Shown here piece after piece: positions 27,247 to 35,944 of a stretch of 64,000 nucleotides of DNA (the first letter of the stretch is position 1; the number at the start of each line of letters is the position of its first letter). The notes below the pieces were generated by a model that saw nothing but the letters and a program-made list of their open reading frames with translations, had not been told where the DNA came from and searched no databases. This stretch comes from Candidatus Iainarchaeum sp. (GTDB lineage Archaea > Iainarchaeota > Iainarchaeia > Iainarchaeales > JAZDEL01): positions 65,735 through 129,734 of the forward strand of contig JAZDEL010000002.1 of assembly GCA_043808785.1 (NCBI GenBank), given 5' to 3'. Made by a program: the position numbers and the translations under genes.

Positions 27247-27675
27247 CTACCCGAATTTTGCCAGGATTTTACCCGAACTTTTCACAAGCGCGATTTTGAA
27301 TTTCCTTTCCATTGTTTTCGCGCCGCCGCTGAAAATTATTTCGACAGGCATCTCCGCGGAAAGTTCCTTTCGCTTGCCGAGTTCTTCGCTTTCAACAGCA
27401 ACGAAAATTTCCCTCCCTCTTGCCGAAATTTCCCACTTTCCCAAAGGTTCCGCCTCTAACCCCCTTGACGACCCTTCCCCGAAGTTCTGCAGTTCTCCGG
27501 CCGCGGCCTCCGCCTTCCAGAGGAAAAGTTCCGCAGCCCTTGCATCCATCGCGAAAATCCCTGCGGCATAAACCCCGCCTAATGAGGGCAGGATGAAAGC
27601 AAGGAACGAGAAAAAAACCGCGAGTACGAGGAGATACTCTATGCTCGCCTGCCCGCGAACCCGCGGCGCGCTCAT
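27247..27675 (-). CDS. Archaeal type IV pilin (class III signal peptide, DUF361-type)
   Basis: MSAPRVRGQASIEYLLVLAVFFSFLAFIL matches the class III signal consensus [KR]GQ[AS]S[ILV]E[YF] exactly. 142 aa. Confidence 0.75.
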   Translation of the reverse strand: MSAPRVRGQASIEYLLVLAVFFSFLAFILPSLGGVYAAGIFAMDARAAELFLWKAEAAAGELQNFGEGSSRGLEAEPLGKWEISARGREIFVAVESEELGKRKELSAEMPVEIIFSGGAKTMERKFKIALVKSSGKILAKFG

Positions 27676-27842
27676 ATGTCGTCTATCTCCTTGAATATGT
27701 CGCCTGTTTTCTTCTCGATTACCTGCGAGCCTTTCGCCGTCGTTTTCTGCAGCTGCGTCACGAGGAGAAGCACTATTGCAACAACAGCGGCAAGCACTAT
27801 TATGAGTTCAACTGAAATCTGGGCTTTTTCTTCATTAAGCAT
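27672..27842 (-). CDS. Small (56 aa) pilin-like protein with a class III-type signal peptide; not in the ORF track (<60 aa)
   Basis: My translation is MLNEEKAQISVELIIVLAAVVAIVLLLVTQLQKTTAKGSQVIEKKTGDIFKEIDDI. It shows a KAQISVEL pilin-like motif, and its stop overlaps the downstream pilin start (ATATGA). Confidence 0.5.
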   Translation of the reverse strand: MLNEEKAQISVELIIVLAAVVAIVLLLVTQLQKTTAKGSQVIEKKTGDIFKEIDDI

Positions 27843-27891
27843 GCAGATAATTGACCGCGAACCTTATTTAAATATTTCGTCAATTGACGAA

Positions 27892-28590
27892 CTAATCAGG
27901 AACGAGTTTTTTGCAGTATTTTATAAGCGCATTTATGTCCTGCAAAGTGAAGTTCCTGTCAATCGCAGAAGCCGCACTTTCTATGGCTGAGCAGTCATCC
28001 TCTGTAAACAGCCTTCCGCCTATGGTTCCTGTGCCCTCAGCAATGCCAGTTGCAATGCCGCCTTCGGTTGCAGAGCCGCCCGCGTCCGGCACTGTTTCCC
28101 CCTTTCCCCCGCCCTGCACGACTTCGCTTGTTTCCTCCGCCTCCCTGTTGCCCGCGCCCTTTTCCGCGGCAGCAGGCACGGCAAATGCAGGTTCGGTTCC
28201 GCCAGCATCCGTGAGGGCAGGGCCCTGTGCTGCGGGAATCCCCTGCATGCCCATATTCGAGAACATTATCGCCATAATCCCCACAAGCGCTACAAGCGTT
28301 GCGCCAAGGACAATCAGTATATGCGTCTGGTTCTGCTCCGCATCAGCTATGCCTATTCCCTTGCCAGTGAGCGCGTAATATTTCCACTTCCTTCCTTCGT
28401 CCACGCGCTCTATGAAGCCCTTGTCCTGCAGCATCTGCAGGTGCTGTTTCGCGCTCGGCGCGGCAATCCCCATTTTAGCGGAAATCTCGCTAAGGGTATG
28501 CCTGCGTTCCTTAAGCAGTTTGAGTATCTTTACGCGCGCGTCCGAACTGAGCGCCTTAAACTCTCCGGATGAAATAGTTATGTCCGCCAT
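27892..28590 (-). CDS. Membrane-anchored ArsR-family wHTH transcriptional regulator with an extracytoplasmic Gly/Ala/Thr-rich C-terminal domain (ArnR-like topology)
   Basis: ArsR-type HTH (ARVKILKLLKERRHTLSEISAKMGIAAPSAKQHLQMLQDKGFIERV), a single TM (ILIVLGATLVALVGIMAIMF), and a low-complexity C-terminal region. Directly upstream of the pilin genes on the same strand. Confidence 0.6.
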   Translation of the reverse strand: MADITISSGEFKALSSDARVKILKLLKERRHTLSEISAKMGIAAPSAKQHLQMLQDKGFIERVDEGRKWKYYALTGKGIGIADAEQNQTHILIVLGATLVALVGIMAIMFSNMGMQGIPAAQGPALTDAGGTEPAFAVPAAAEKGAGNREAEETSEVVQGGGKGETVPDAGGSATEGGIATGIAEGTGTIGGRLFTEDDCSAIESAASAIDRNFTLQDINALIKYCKKLVPD

Positions 28591-28605
28591 TGCAACAACC
28601 CGCGC

Positions 28606-28920
28606 CTAAAATACTATTATAAGCAAAATAAGCAGCGCAAAAACCGCGAGCGCAAACGCCCTGCTGTAATACGCCATCAGCCCGAGCACTGCAGGCGCGA
28701 TGAGCAGCCATACGCCGAGCTCGTGCTGCCTCGCGGTTATAACCGAGCCGTAAACCGCCCCTGCGGAAAACAGCAGGAAAAGGAAAGCCACAAAGCTGCT
28801 TATCTGCTTGGTTACGTATTCGAGGACCTTCTCGACCCAGCCGTCGACCCTGCCCTTGCCCGAAGCCTTGCCTTCCGCGGCATGCGCATCCCCGTGAGCC
28901 TCTGCAGCGTGTTCAGACAT
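28606..28920 (-). CDS. Small membrane protein with a His-rich N-terminus
   Basis: MSEHAAEAHGDAHAAEG followed by two TM helices. Sits upstream of the ArsR-family regulator in the same orientation. Confidence 0.4.
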   Translation of the reverse strand: MSEHAAEAHGDAHAAEGKASGKGRVDGWVEKVLEYVTKQISSFVAFLFLLFSAGAVYGSVITARQHELGVWLLIAPAVLGLMAYYSRAFALAVFALLILLIIVF

Positions 28921-29026
28921 ATGCCTTACCCATCTAATCGCGGATGTGAAACATTAAAAACCTTTCATTTTTGGAAGGGCAAGCCCTGCTGCGCATAGCC
29001 AGGCTGTGCTGCAAAGCCTGCGCGCG

Positions 29027-29860
29027 TCATTTCAGCCCTGTGTAATATTTCTGCATAAGCAGTGCATCCCCCTCCAGATTCGGGCTCTCGCATATCACAA
29101 CGCCCGAAACCCCGAAACCTTTCAGCGCGGAAAGCATTGCCTTGTATTTGAAATCCGAATCCTCGAGGTTCAAATGGTTCCTTTCCCCCTTTTGCGAATA
29201 GTTTATTCCCGAAACATGCATCTGCAGGTTTTGGAGGAATTTTTTGTCCGCGGAAGCGATGTTCTGCAAAACATGCTCAAAATCTTTTTCGGTTTTCATG
29301 CATCCGTTGCCCCGCGCATGCAGATGCGCGAAATCTATCATAGGCTCCAAACCCTTCACGCGTTCGCAAAGTTCCAGCGTTTCCTCCAATGAACCCAACT
29401 GCGAACCCTTTCCCGTTGTTTCAGGGGCGAGCGTTATTTTTATTTTTTCCTTGCGCATTTCCTCGATTATTTCCTCTAGCGCCCGCACAACGTTGCCAAG
29501 CGCCTCCCCCTTCTCCATGCCTCCGTAAAACGCGGGGTGAAATGTTACCTTCCTTGCGCCCGCGAGCGCGCCAATGCGCGCGCTGTCGAGTATGCGCTTC
29601 TTGCTTGCCTCTATCTTTGCCTTTTCCTTAGAATTCAAATTTATATAATAAGGCGCGTGCACGCTGAGCACGATGTTGTTTTTCTCCGCCGCCCTGCGCA
29701 CCTCTTCCGCCGCAGCCTTCCCCATGTGCACGCCGTAAACGAACTCAAGTTCCATTGCACCCAGCCCGAGCGAGCGCACCCGCGCTATCGCCTCGGCAGA
29801 ACCCCTGCCTTTCGCGCTGTGCGGAGCGCCCGCCGTGCCGAACAGTATTTTTCCAGGCAT
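29027..29860 (-). CDS. nfo: Endonuclease IV (AP endonuclease family 2, TIM barrel)
   Basis: Family-2 AP endonuclease/xylose isomerase-like TIM barrel, with matching segments FGTAGAP and LSVHAPYYINL plus conserved His/Asp/Glu metal ligands. The likely start is MPGKILFG. Confidence 0.75.
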   Translation of the reverse strand: MPGKILFGTAGAPHSAKGRGSAEAIARVRSLGLGAMELEFVYGVHMGKAAAEEVRRAAEKNNIVLSVHAPYYINLNSKEKAKIEASKKRILDSARIGALAGARKVTFHPAFYGGMEKGEALGNVVRALEEIIEEMRKEKIKITLAPETTGKGSQLGSLEETLELCERVKGLEPMIDFAHLHARGNGCMKTEKDFEHVLQNIASADKKFLQNLQMHVSGINYSQKGERNHLNLEDSDFKYKAMLSALKGFGVSGVVICESPNLEGDALLMQKYYTGLK

Positions 29861-29914
29861 GCGAATATGCAATGCACCAAAAGCCTTTAATCCCCTTTCG
29901 CGCACCTAATTGAT

Positions 29915-31057
29915 ATGCCAAAGAACATCTTCTCCCGCACCAGCAGGGAGAGGCACATATTCCGCAACGAGCAGTATCTCGCGCCGGAATTCCTGCCCGA
30001 AAAACTGCCGCACAGGGATTCCGAAATCGACACTATGGTTTACGCATTCAATCCTGTCCTGCGGGGCTCGAAGCCGCAGAACCTTTTTGTTTTCGGCCCC
30101 CCTGGGACGGGAAAAACCGCTTCCGTGAAATTCGTCCTCGCGCAGCTGGAGGAGCACTCCGACCGCGCAAAAATGCTCTACATAAATTGCTTCCAGCACG
30201 AGAGCAGGCATTCGGTTCTTGCCAAACTCACGAATTTTCTGGGAATGCCTGTGCCAAGGCGCGGCCTGGCAACGGATGAAACCTACTCTAAAATGGTGGA
30301 GGCAATGCGCAAGGCATCCTTTGCACCAATAATCATCCTTGACGAGGTGGACAATATCGCTGGCGCGGAGGAGCAGAGCCGCCTCCTGTATGACCTGCTG
30401 CGCGTTGCGGAGCAGGAAAAGAAGCAGCTCGGCTTAGTGCTTGTTTCAAATGACGCCGCATTCACAGCGCGCCTCGATGCGCGCGTGAAAAGTTCGCTCG
30501 CTGCCGAGAACCTTGCCTTCGAGCCCTACTCGCCGCAGCAACTGAAGGACATTCTGCGCGAGAGGGCGGGGTACGCGTTTGAACAGCGTGTTCTCGAGGA
30601 TGATGTAATTAACGTTGCCGCAGCGCACGCTGCAAAGCTCGGCGGCGATGCGCGCATCGCAATAGAGTGCCTCCTGAAGGCGGGAAGGAATGCCGAGCGT
30701 GATAACGCGGCAAGCGTAACCATCGCGCACCTGAAGCGTGCCTTCGAAAGCATTGATTCCCTCCCTACCCTCAAAAAAATCCGCGGCCTGAACGAAAACG
30801 AAAAAAACCTGCTAAGGGTTATTGTGCAGGCGCAGGAGGAAAGCATACTTTCAGGCGACCTTTACAAAAAGTACAATTCATCGGTTCCCAAGGGTTCAAA
30901 AGCGCTGACCGAGCGCAGGGTGCGCGACTTCCTGAACAACCTTGAAAAGCAGGGTCTTGTTGAGATAAGCGCGGTTGATTTGGGCAACAAGGGCAAGACC
31001 CGCAGCATACGCCTGAGGGTTGCGAAGCAGCTTGCACTGCGGGAACTTGGGAACTGA
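29915..31057 (+). CDS. cdc6: Orc1/Cdc6 replication initiator
   Basis: AAA+ motifs (Walker [15 protein letters not shown], Walker B ILDEVD) and a C-terminal winged helix. 380 aa. Confidence 0.9.
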   Translation: MPKNIFSRTSRERHIFRNEQYLAPEFLPEKLPHRDSEIDTMVYAFNPVLRGSKPQNLFVFGPPGTGKTASVKFVLAQLEEHSDRAKMLYINCFQHESRHSVLAKLTNFLGMPVPRRGLATDETYSKMVEAMRKASFAPIIILDEVDNIAGAEEQSRLLYDLLRVAEQEKKQLGLVLVSNDAAFTARLDARVKSSLAAENLAFEPYSPQQLKDILRERAGYAFEQRVLEDDVINVAAAHAAKLGGDARIAIECLLKAGRNAERDNAASVTIAHLKRAFESIDSLPTLKKIRGLNENEKNLLRVIVQAQEESILSGDLYKKYNSSVPKGSKALTERRVRDFLNNLEKQGLVEISAVDLGNKGKTRSIRLRVAKQLALRELGN

Positions 31058-31106
31058 ACACGCAAAACATACCTTTTTATACTACATTGTGCACATTGTA
31101 TTACAT

Positions 31107-31610
31107 ATGGTGCTTGTCGTTAAGGATTCAATGGTGCTAATCCACCTTGCTAAAATAAGCCTGCTTGAAAGCAGCTGCGATTATTTCGGCAAAGTAATTA
31201 TTCCGCAGGCGGTTTTCGAAGAAACGGTCGATGCTGGCAAGAGTAAGGGGTCCGAGGACGCATTCCTGATTGAGGCGGTTATCGGTAGGGGAAATATCCG
31301 CGTTAAAAAGGTGCTGAAGAAGCAGTTCATGGAGAAGGCAAACCAATTGAATATTTTCGGCGGGGAAGCGGAGGCAGTGGCATTGTATTGGCAGGAAAGT
31401 GCGGAATTCTTGGCCACGGATGACGACAATGTGAGGGCAAAAAAGGATGTTCTTGGCGCCAAACTTATAGGGACGCCGGCAATAATATTGGCGCTGCACA
31501 AAAAAAAATTTATCGGCTCCGAAAAAACAAAAGAAGCGCTGAGCAGGCTGAGGAAAATAGGCTGGTTCAGTTCGGAAATAATCGACAGGGCGCTTATGGA
31601 GGTGAGTTAA
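31107..31610 (+). CDS. PIN-like domain protein (DUF3368 family), putative toxin
   Basis: MVLVVKDSMVLIHLAKISLLESS...IIPQAVFEE...FGGEAEAVAL pattern typical of DUF3368 PIN-like proteins. Confidence 0.55.
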   Translation: MVLVVKDSMVLIHLAKISLLESSCDYFGKVIIPQAVFEETVDAGKSKGSEDAFLIEAVIGRGNIRVKKVLKKQFMEKANQLNIFGGEAEAVALYWQESAEFLATDDDNVRAKKDVLGAKLIGTPAIILALHKKKFIGSEKTKEALSRLRKIGWFSSEIIDRALMEVS

Positions 31611-31611
31611 G

Positions 31612-31932
31612 ATGAATGCGCGCACAGTGCAGGCAGTCGGCATAAGGCTGGATAGCAAAATGCTGGGCAAGCTTGAAACTCTCGGCAAGGAAGAAAATAT
31701 GGACCGTTCAACCGTAGCCCGGATGCTCCTTGATGAAGGGCTTAAGAACTATGTGAAACGGAAGGCTGCAGAAAATTACAAGGCAGGCAGGACAACCATT
31801 AGCGGTGCGGCGAAAAAAGCAGGCATTACGATTTGGGAGATGGAGCAATATCTGGTAAGCAATGGTTACAGGTCGCAGTATTCCACGGAAGAGCTACAGG
31901 AAGAATTCAGGCTGCTGGTGAAACAGAAATGA
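31612..31932 (+). CDS. UPF0175-family small protein, putative antitoxin partner of the DUF3368 protein
   Basis: 106-aa ORF whose start follows the PIN stop after 1 nt. UPF0175-like helical pattern (GRTTISGAAKKAGITIWEMEQYL). Confidence 0.5.
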   Translation: MNARTVQAVGIRLDSKMLGKLETLGKEENMDRSTVARMLLDEGLKNYVKRKAAENYKAGRTTISGAAKKAGITIWEMEQYLVSNGYRSQYSTEELQEEFRLLVKQK

Positions 31933-32204
31933 TGCAGGTGCAAAAAACCGAGGAAAATGGCGTTCATTTCCCGACCCTCAACACGGTTATCATGGTCGAG
32001 AACACGCTCAGGAAACTGAACGAAAGCATCGTCACTGTGGCGGAACTCAAGAGAAAATTGCCGAAGCAGGTGAACCACAACACGCTGATGGTTATCCTGC
32101 GCTATCTTGAGGAAAGCAACAAAATAGCGGTCAGCCTTCGCGGAATTACGTGGATTTACAACCCGAACCTGCGGGCAGCAGTGGCAAGGGGCGTAGAGTT
32201 ATAA
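31929..32204 (+). CDS. Small hypothetical winged-helix-like protein
   Basis: ATGATG start overlapping the previous stop. VAELKRKLPKQVNHNTLMVILRYLEESNKI suggests an HTH. Confidence 0.35.
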   Translation: MMQVQKTEENGVHFPTLNTVIMVENTLRKLNESIVTVAELKRKLPKQVNHNTLMVILRYLEESNKIAVSLRGITWIYNPNLRAAVARGVEL

Positions 32205-32246
32205 CAAGTATCTTTGCAACCCGCCACAGATGATTTTCCCGCGCAC

Positions 32247-33446
32247 TCAGTTCTTCAGCTGTATCTTCACGACATCGTTGTTCTGCAGTTCGTGCTCCTT
32301 CCCAAGTTTCTTCCCGCTCCTGCAATCTACAGCCGCAATGAACCTCGGCCCGAAATCCGTGTGCACGGCAACGGCAAGGTCGTATGCGTTCGAGCCTTTC
32401 GGAAGAAGGTATGCATCCGGCAGAACATTCCCCTTTGCCGAGCACCATTTGTTCGCGTCCTGCACCGGGTAAACCACAATGAGATTCAGCAGTTCGAACG
32501 CCGTCCTGTTTATTGCCTCCTGAACTCCCGTTGAACCATATGCATCGAGAACCTTTTTTTGTATGAACCCGAGCGCGTTTTTTTGTTTTTCCCCGAGCGT
32601 GCCTTCGTTTGCAACCTCGAACTTCCCCTCCCCTGGCACGTATTTTATTGCCCCTCCCCTCTCCGCCTTCCTCAGCGCGAGTTCAGCCTCGCTGCACGTG
32701 GGGACAATTATCCTGTCGGGGAATTTTTGCTTAAGTTTTTCATAATTCTCCTTAGCGCCAGGCACATCAATCTTGTTCGCGACAATAACAATCGGCTTCG
32801 ACTTTGCGCGCACGGCTTTGCTGAACTCAAGTATTTCCTCCTCGCCCCACATATCTGGCCTTTCCGAGAATTCGCCCTCCTTGAGCACGTGCTTCGCTTC
32901 GGCCTCGGTTATCCCTAGCCCCGATAACTGCTCCGCAAGCGCCGCCGCCGGGCCGCGTGCATCGAGCCCGGCCTTCTTGCTCAGGCTGCGCCAGTTTTTC
33001 TCCAGAATTCCCTTAATCCACCACGCGATTTCATTCTCAAGGAATTCGACGTAATCGCAAGGGTCGGCAGAGCCCCTTTCGACAACATTCCCTTCCAAAT
33101 CCACGGAGCCGCTGGCATCCAGCACATGAATAAGCGCTTTCGCCTGCATTAAATCCGAGAGGAACTGGTTTCCGAGCCCCCTGCCTTCATGTGCCCCCCT
33201 GACAAGCCCCGCAACATCTATAAGTTCAATCGGCACCAGCCTCCACCCGTCCATACATTTGCTGTTCACGGGCTGGCACTTAACTCCCTTCTCATCATGT
33301 ATGCACTTCGTCTTTACCCAGCTTACCGCGCGGTTCGGCTTAATTGTCGTGAACGGCCTGTTTGCAATAGGCACATCGACAAGCGACGCCGCGCTGAAGA
33401 ACGTGCTCTTGCCCGTGTTCGGGAAGCCTACGATCCCTATGAGCAT
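32247..33446 (-). CDS. ychF: Obg-family GTPase of the YchF/OLA1 (archaeal YGR210-like) type
   Basis: G1 motif GIVGFPNTGKST, G4 NKID, a coiled-coil insert and a C-terminal TGS-like domain. 399 aa. Confidence 0.8.
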   Translation of the reverse strand: MLIGIVGFPNTGKSTFFSAASLVDVPIANRPFTTIKPNRAVSWVKTKCIHDEKGVKCQPVNSKCMDGWRLVPIELIDVAGLVRGAHEGRGLGNQFLSDLMQAKALIHVLDASGSVDLEGNVVERGSADPCDYVEFLENEIAWWIKGILEKNWRSLSKKAGLDARGPAAALAEQLSGLGITEAEAKHVLKEGEFSERPDMWGEEEILEFSKAVRAKSKPIVIVANKIDVPGAKENYEKLKQKFPDRIIVPTCSEAELALRKAERGGAIKYVPGEGKFEVANEGTLGEKQKNALGFIQKKVLDAYGSTGVQEAINRTAFELLNLIVVYPVQDANKWCSAKGNVLPDAYLLPKGSNAYDLAVAVHTDFGPRFIAAVDCRSGKKLGKEHELQNNDVVKIQLKN

Positions 33447-34109
33447 TCAGTTCGCCCCCGCTTTTTTCTTCCCCGCTTTCCGCGGAATTTCTATGTAATA
33501 AATTTTCTCCCTACCGTCCTTTCCAATGACTTCTATCTTTTGCCATTTTCTAAGGTTATCGTAGTGCCTGCCTTTTATAGTTCCAGAATATTTCTTCATG
33601 CCATTTCTGCCCTTCCCCTTGTACTTCATGCCGATTTTTTCGAAAAATTTTCCCGTCCCGCGTTTTGCGGTTTTAAGGGTGTGCCCGTAAATCGTTCTTG
33701 TGCCTTTTGCGCCAAGTTTGCCCATTTGTGCAGCCCAATTCGGCATCTGCAGTTTCAGAAGTATGCGGCTGCCTAAACCACGCTGCCCCAGCTCCCCCCT
33801 GAACTTCCTGTATATCTCCCTGTGGTGCATTTCTGGTTCAAACTGGCCGACCGATTTCTTTTCAACCCCGCCTTCTAACTCATAAACAATGAGTGTGTGT
33901 GATGTCCACCTCCTTATTGTAAACAGCCTGCCGCCGAGTTCATAAACGCCATTCAGGCTGCCCTGTGCATTCTCGAGGGGTATTTCGCGAATTTGCCCGC
34001 TGGCAGTTTTCAGGGCGATGCATCCCCTGTTTCTTGCCTCAAGGTTCTCCTTGTGCGCCAGCGCAAGCGGCTTGAATTTCTCCCTTGGCTTGCTTCGTAA
34101 CCCTGCCAT
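33447..34109 (-). CDS. Hypothetical basic protein (possible nucleic-acid binding)
   Basis: Lys/Arg/Gly-rich C-terminal half (KGKGRNGMKKYSGTIKGRHY...PRKAGKKKAGAN). The likely start is MAGLRSKP. Confidence 0.35.
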   Translation of the reverse strand: MAGLRSKPREKFKPLALAHKENLEARNRGCIALKTASGQIREIPLENAQGSLNGVYELGGRLFTIRRWTSHTLIVYELEGGVEKKSVGQFEPEMHHREIYRKFRGELGQRGLGSRILLKLQMPNWAAQMGKLGAKGTRTIYGHTLKTAKRGTGKFFEKIGMKYKGKGRNGMKKYSGTIKGRHYDNLRKWQKIEVIGKDGREKIYYIEIPRKAGKKKAGAN

Positions 34110-34156
34110 TACAGCCCCCAACCCATTTAAATCGGTTTTTGTTTTTAACCATATGT

Positions 34157-35641
34157 ATGGCTGCACGCGCACACGAACCTGCCCCAATCTGGACCGAAAA
34201 ATTCCGCCCTTCCTCGTTTGCCGAGTTCATAGGAAACCCGCAGGCAGCGGAGCAGGCGCAGAAGTGGGCGCAGGAGTGGGTGAGTAGGGGAAGAACCGGC
34301 GGGGGCGCCGAAGGGGCAAGCCGCGGCGAGGGTGGGAATAAGCCGAAGCCACTACTCCTCTTTGGGCAGAGCGGCTCTGGAAAGACAGCCCTTGCCTACT
34401 TACTCGCGCGCTCGCAGGGCTGGGATGTTTTCGAACTCAATGCTTCCGATTTCAGGAACGAGGAAATGATCGAGCGCCTTGCGGGCGCGGCGTCGCAGGG
34501 CGCATCCTTCTCGGGGAAACCGCGCCTCGTCCTCCTTGACGAGGTTGACGGTCTTCAGGCAGTTGACCGCGGCGGCGCAGCGGCAATGGTGAAAATAATC
34601 CGCGAGGCGCAGAACCCCGTAATCCTCACCGCAAACGACATTTACTCGAACAGGAAACTCGCGCCAATGCGCACGGAATGTACGCTTGTCGAATTCAAGA
34701 AGATAAATTACCTTTCAATAGCAAAGCGCCTGCGCGAAATTTGCGTTGCGGAAGGAATCAAGTTCGATGACGAGGCGATAGCCCTCCTCGCGAAAAATTC
34801 CTCGGGAGATTTCAGGGCGGCGCTGCTTGACCTCCAATCTCTTGCGCAGAAAGGGAGCATTGAAAAGGAGGACGTGGAAACCCTCGGCACAAGGGAACGC
34901 ACGGAGAAAATCTTCACTGTGCTTGACAAGATTTTCAAGGGCAAAACCCTGAAGGAAATACGCAGTGCGCGCATGGGCTCCGAAATAAGCGGCGAAATGG
35001 TGATGAACTGGGTGGATGAGAACATACCTCTCGCGTTTCCTTTGCCTGAAGATACTGCTGGCGCATATGAAAGCCTCAGCCGCGCTGATGTTTTCAACGG
35101 CAGGATAATGAAAAGGCAGAACTGGGGTTTCCTGAGGTATAGCAGCGAACTCGCAACAAGCGGGGTTTCCATAGGGAGAAAGAACGCACCACACGGATTT
35201 ATTATGTATAAGTTCCCCTCTATGATAAGCAGGATGGGCAGGAGCAAGGGCGTGCGTGCAACGAAAAAAAACATCGCGCTCAAGGTGGGGAAGCAAACTC
35301 ATTCCGGCGTGAAGAGCGTGATTAAGGATGACTTGCCTTACCTCCGGGCTATTTTTGAAAACAAGCCGCGCGCAGCGGAATTAACCGCGCAGTTCTGCTT
35401 CGACGAGAATGAAGTCGCGTTCCTCATGGGCACGAAGCCCGAAACTAAAAAAGTGCAGAAGGTTTTGGAGGAGGCGGAAGTGCTGCGCACGCAGAGGGTT
35501 GCTGAAAAAAGGAAGGTTAAGGGTGCATTCGCGGCTGTTTCGGAGGAGGATGCAACCGCCGAAATTCCCGAGAAAAAGGAAACCGAAATTCCCGCGCCGC
35601 CGCATGACCATGCCGACAGCAGCCAAACAAAGCTGTTCTGA
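34157..35641 (+). CDS. rfcL: Replication factor C large subunit
   Basis: WTEKFRPSSFAEFIGNPQA, Walker A GQSGSGKTALAYLLAR, Walker B LLDEVD. ~495 aa. Confidence 0.85.
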   Translation: MAARAHEPAPIWTEKFRPSSFAEFIGNPQAAEQAQKWAQEWVSRGRTGGGAEGASRGEGGNKPKPLLLFGQSGSGKTALAYLLARSQGWDVFELNASDFRNEEMIERLAGAASQGASFSGKPRLVLLDEVDGLQAVDRGGAAAMVKIIREAQNPVILTANDIYSNRKLAPMRTECTLVEFKKINYLSIAKRLREICVAEGIKFDDEAIALLAKNSSGDFRAALLDLQSLAQKGSIEKEDVETLGTRERTEKIFTVLDKIFKGKTLKEIRSARMGSEISGEMVMNWVDENIPLAFPLPEDTAGAYESLSRADVFNGRIMKRQNWGFLRYSSELATSGVSIGRKNAPHGFIMYKFPSMISRMGRSKGVRATKKNIALKVGKQTHSGVKSVIKDDLPYLRAIFENKPRAAELTAQFCFDENEVAFLMGTKPETKKVQKVLEEAEVLRTQRVAEKRKVKGAFAAVSEEDATAEIPEKKETEIPAPPHDHADSSQTKLF

Positions 35642-35677
35642 TAACTTTGAAATGAGTGTTAAATTGGGGGCGTATTT

Positions 35678-35944
35678 TTGGCCGGCAAATTTGCATTAAA
35701 AAAGCCAAATGGTGTTCTTAACAGGGCGCTTACTGTTAAAGGCGCCGCTGTTAGTGCGGTTTCTTACGGGCGGTCTGTAAAAACTCTTGGCGGCGGCTGG
35801 GAAGCCAAAGTGTGGAAACGAGACGGCAATCTTGCGTATGTTGTTGCCAGCGGACCGAAAGGCGAAAAGCGATATTATCTTGCCGTCCTTGATGTGCTTG
35901 GCAATTTTCGCAGCATAAGAAAAACGAAAGTGCCGGCCGATTAA
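35678..35944 (+). CDS. Small hypothetical protein (TTG start)
   Basis: 88-aa ORF in a gene-poor gap. Its 3' end overlaps the pheT stop. No homology recognised. Confidence 0.25.
   Translation: MAGKFALKKPNGVLNRALTVKGAAVSAVSYGRSVKTLGGGWEAKVWKRDGNLAYVVASGPKGEKRYYLAVLDVLGNFRSIRKTKVPAD

Noticed and set aside
31058-31131. Possible replication origin (ORB elements) next to orc1/cdc6
   Set aside because: There is an AT-rich stretch with short ACATTGT repeats, but no recognisable ORB/mini-ORB (TCCAnTGGAAAC...G-string) and no long DUE. The upstream side is occupied by nfo only 54 bp away. The origin is not supported within this window.
35678-35944. Small TTG-start ORF as a definite gene
   Set aside because: Kept only as a low-confidence CDS. 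It has no homology or motif support, and its 3' end overlaps the pheT terminus.
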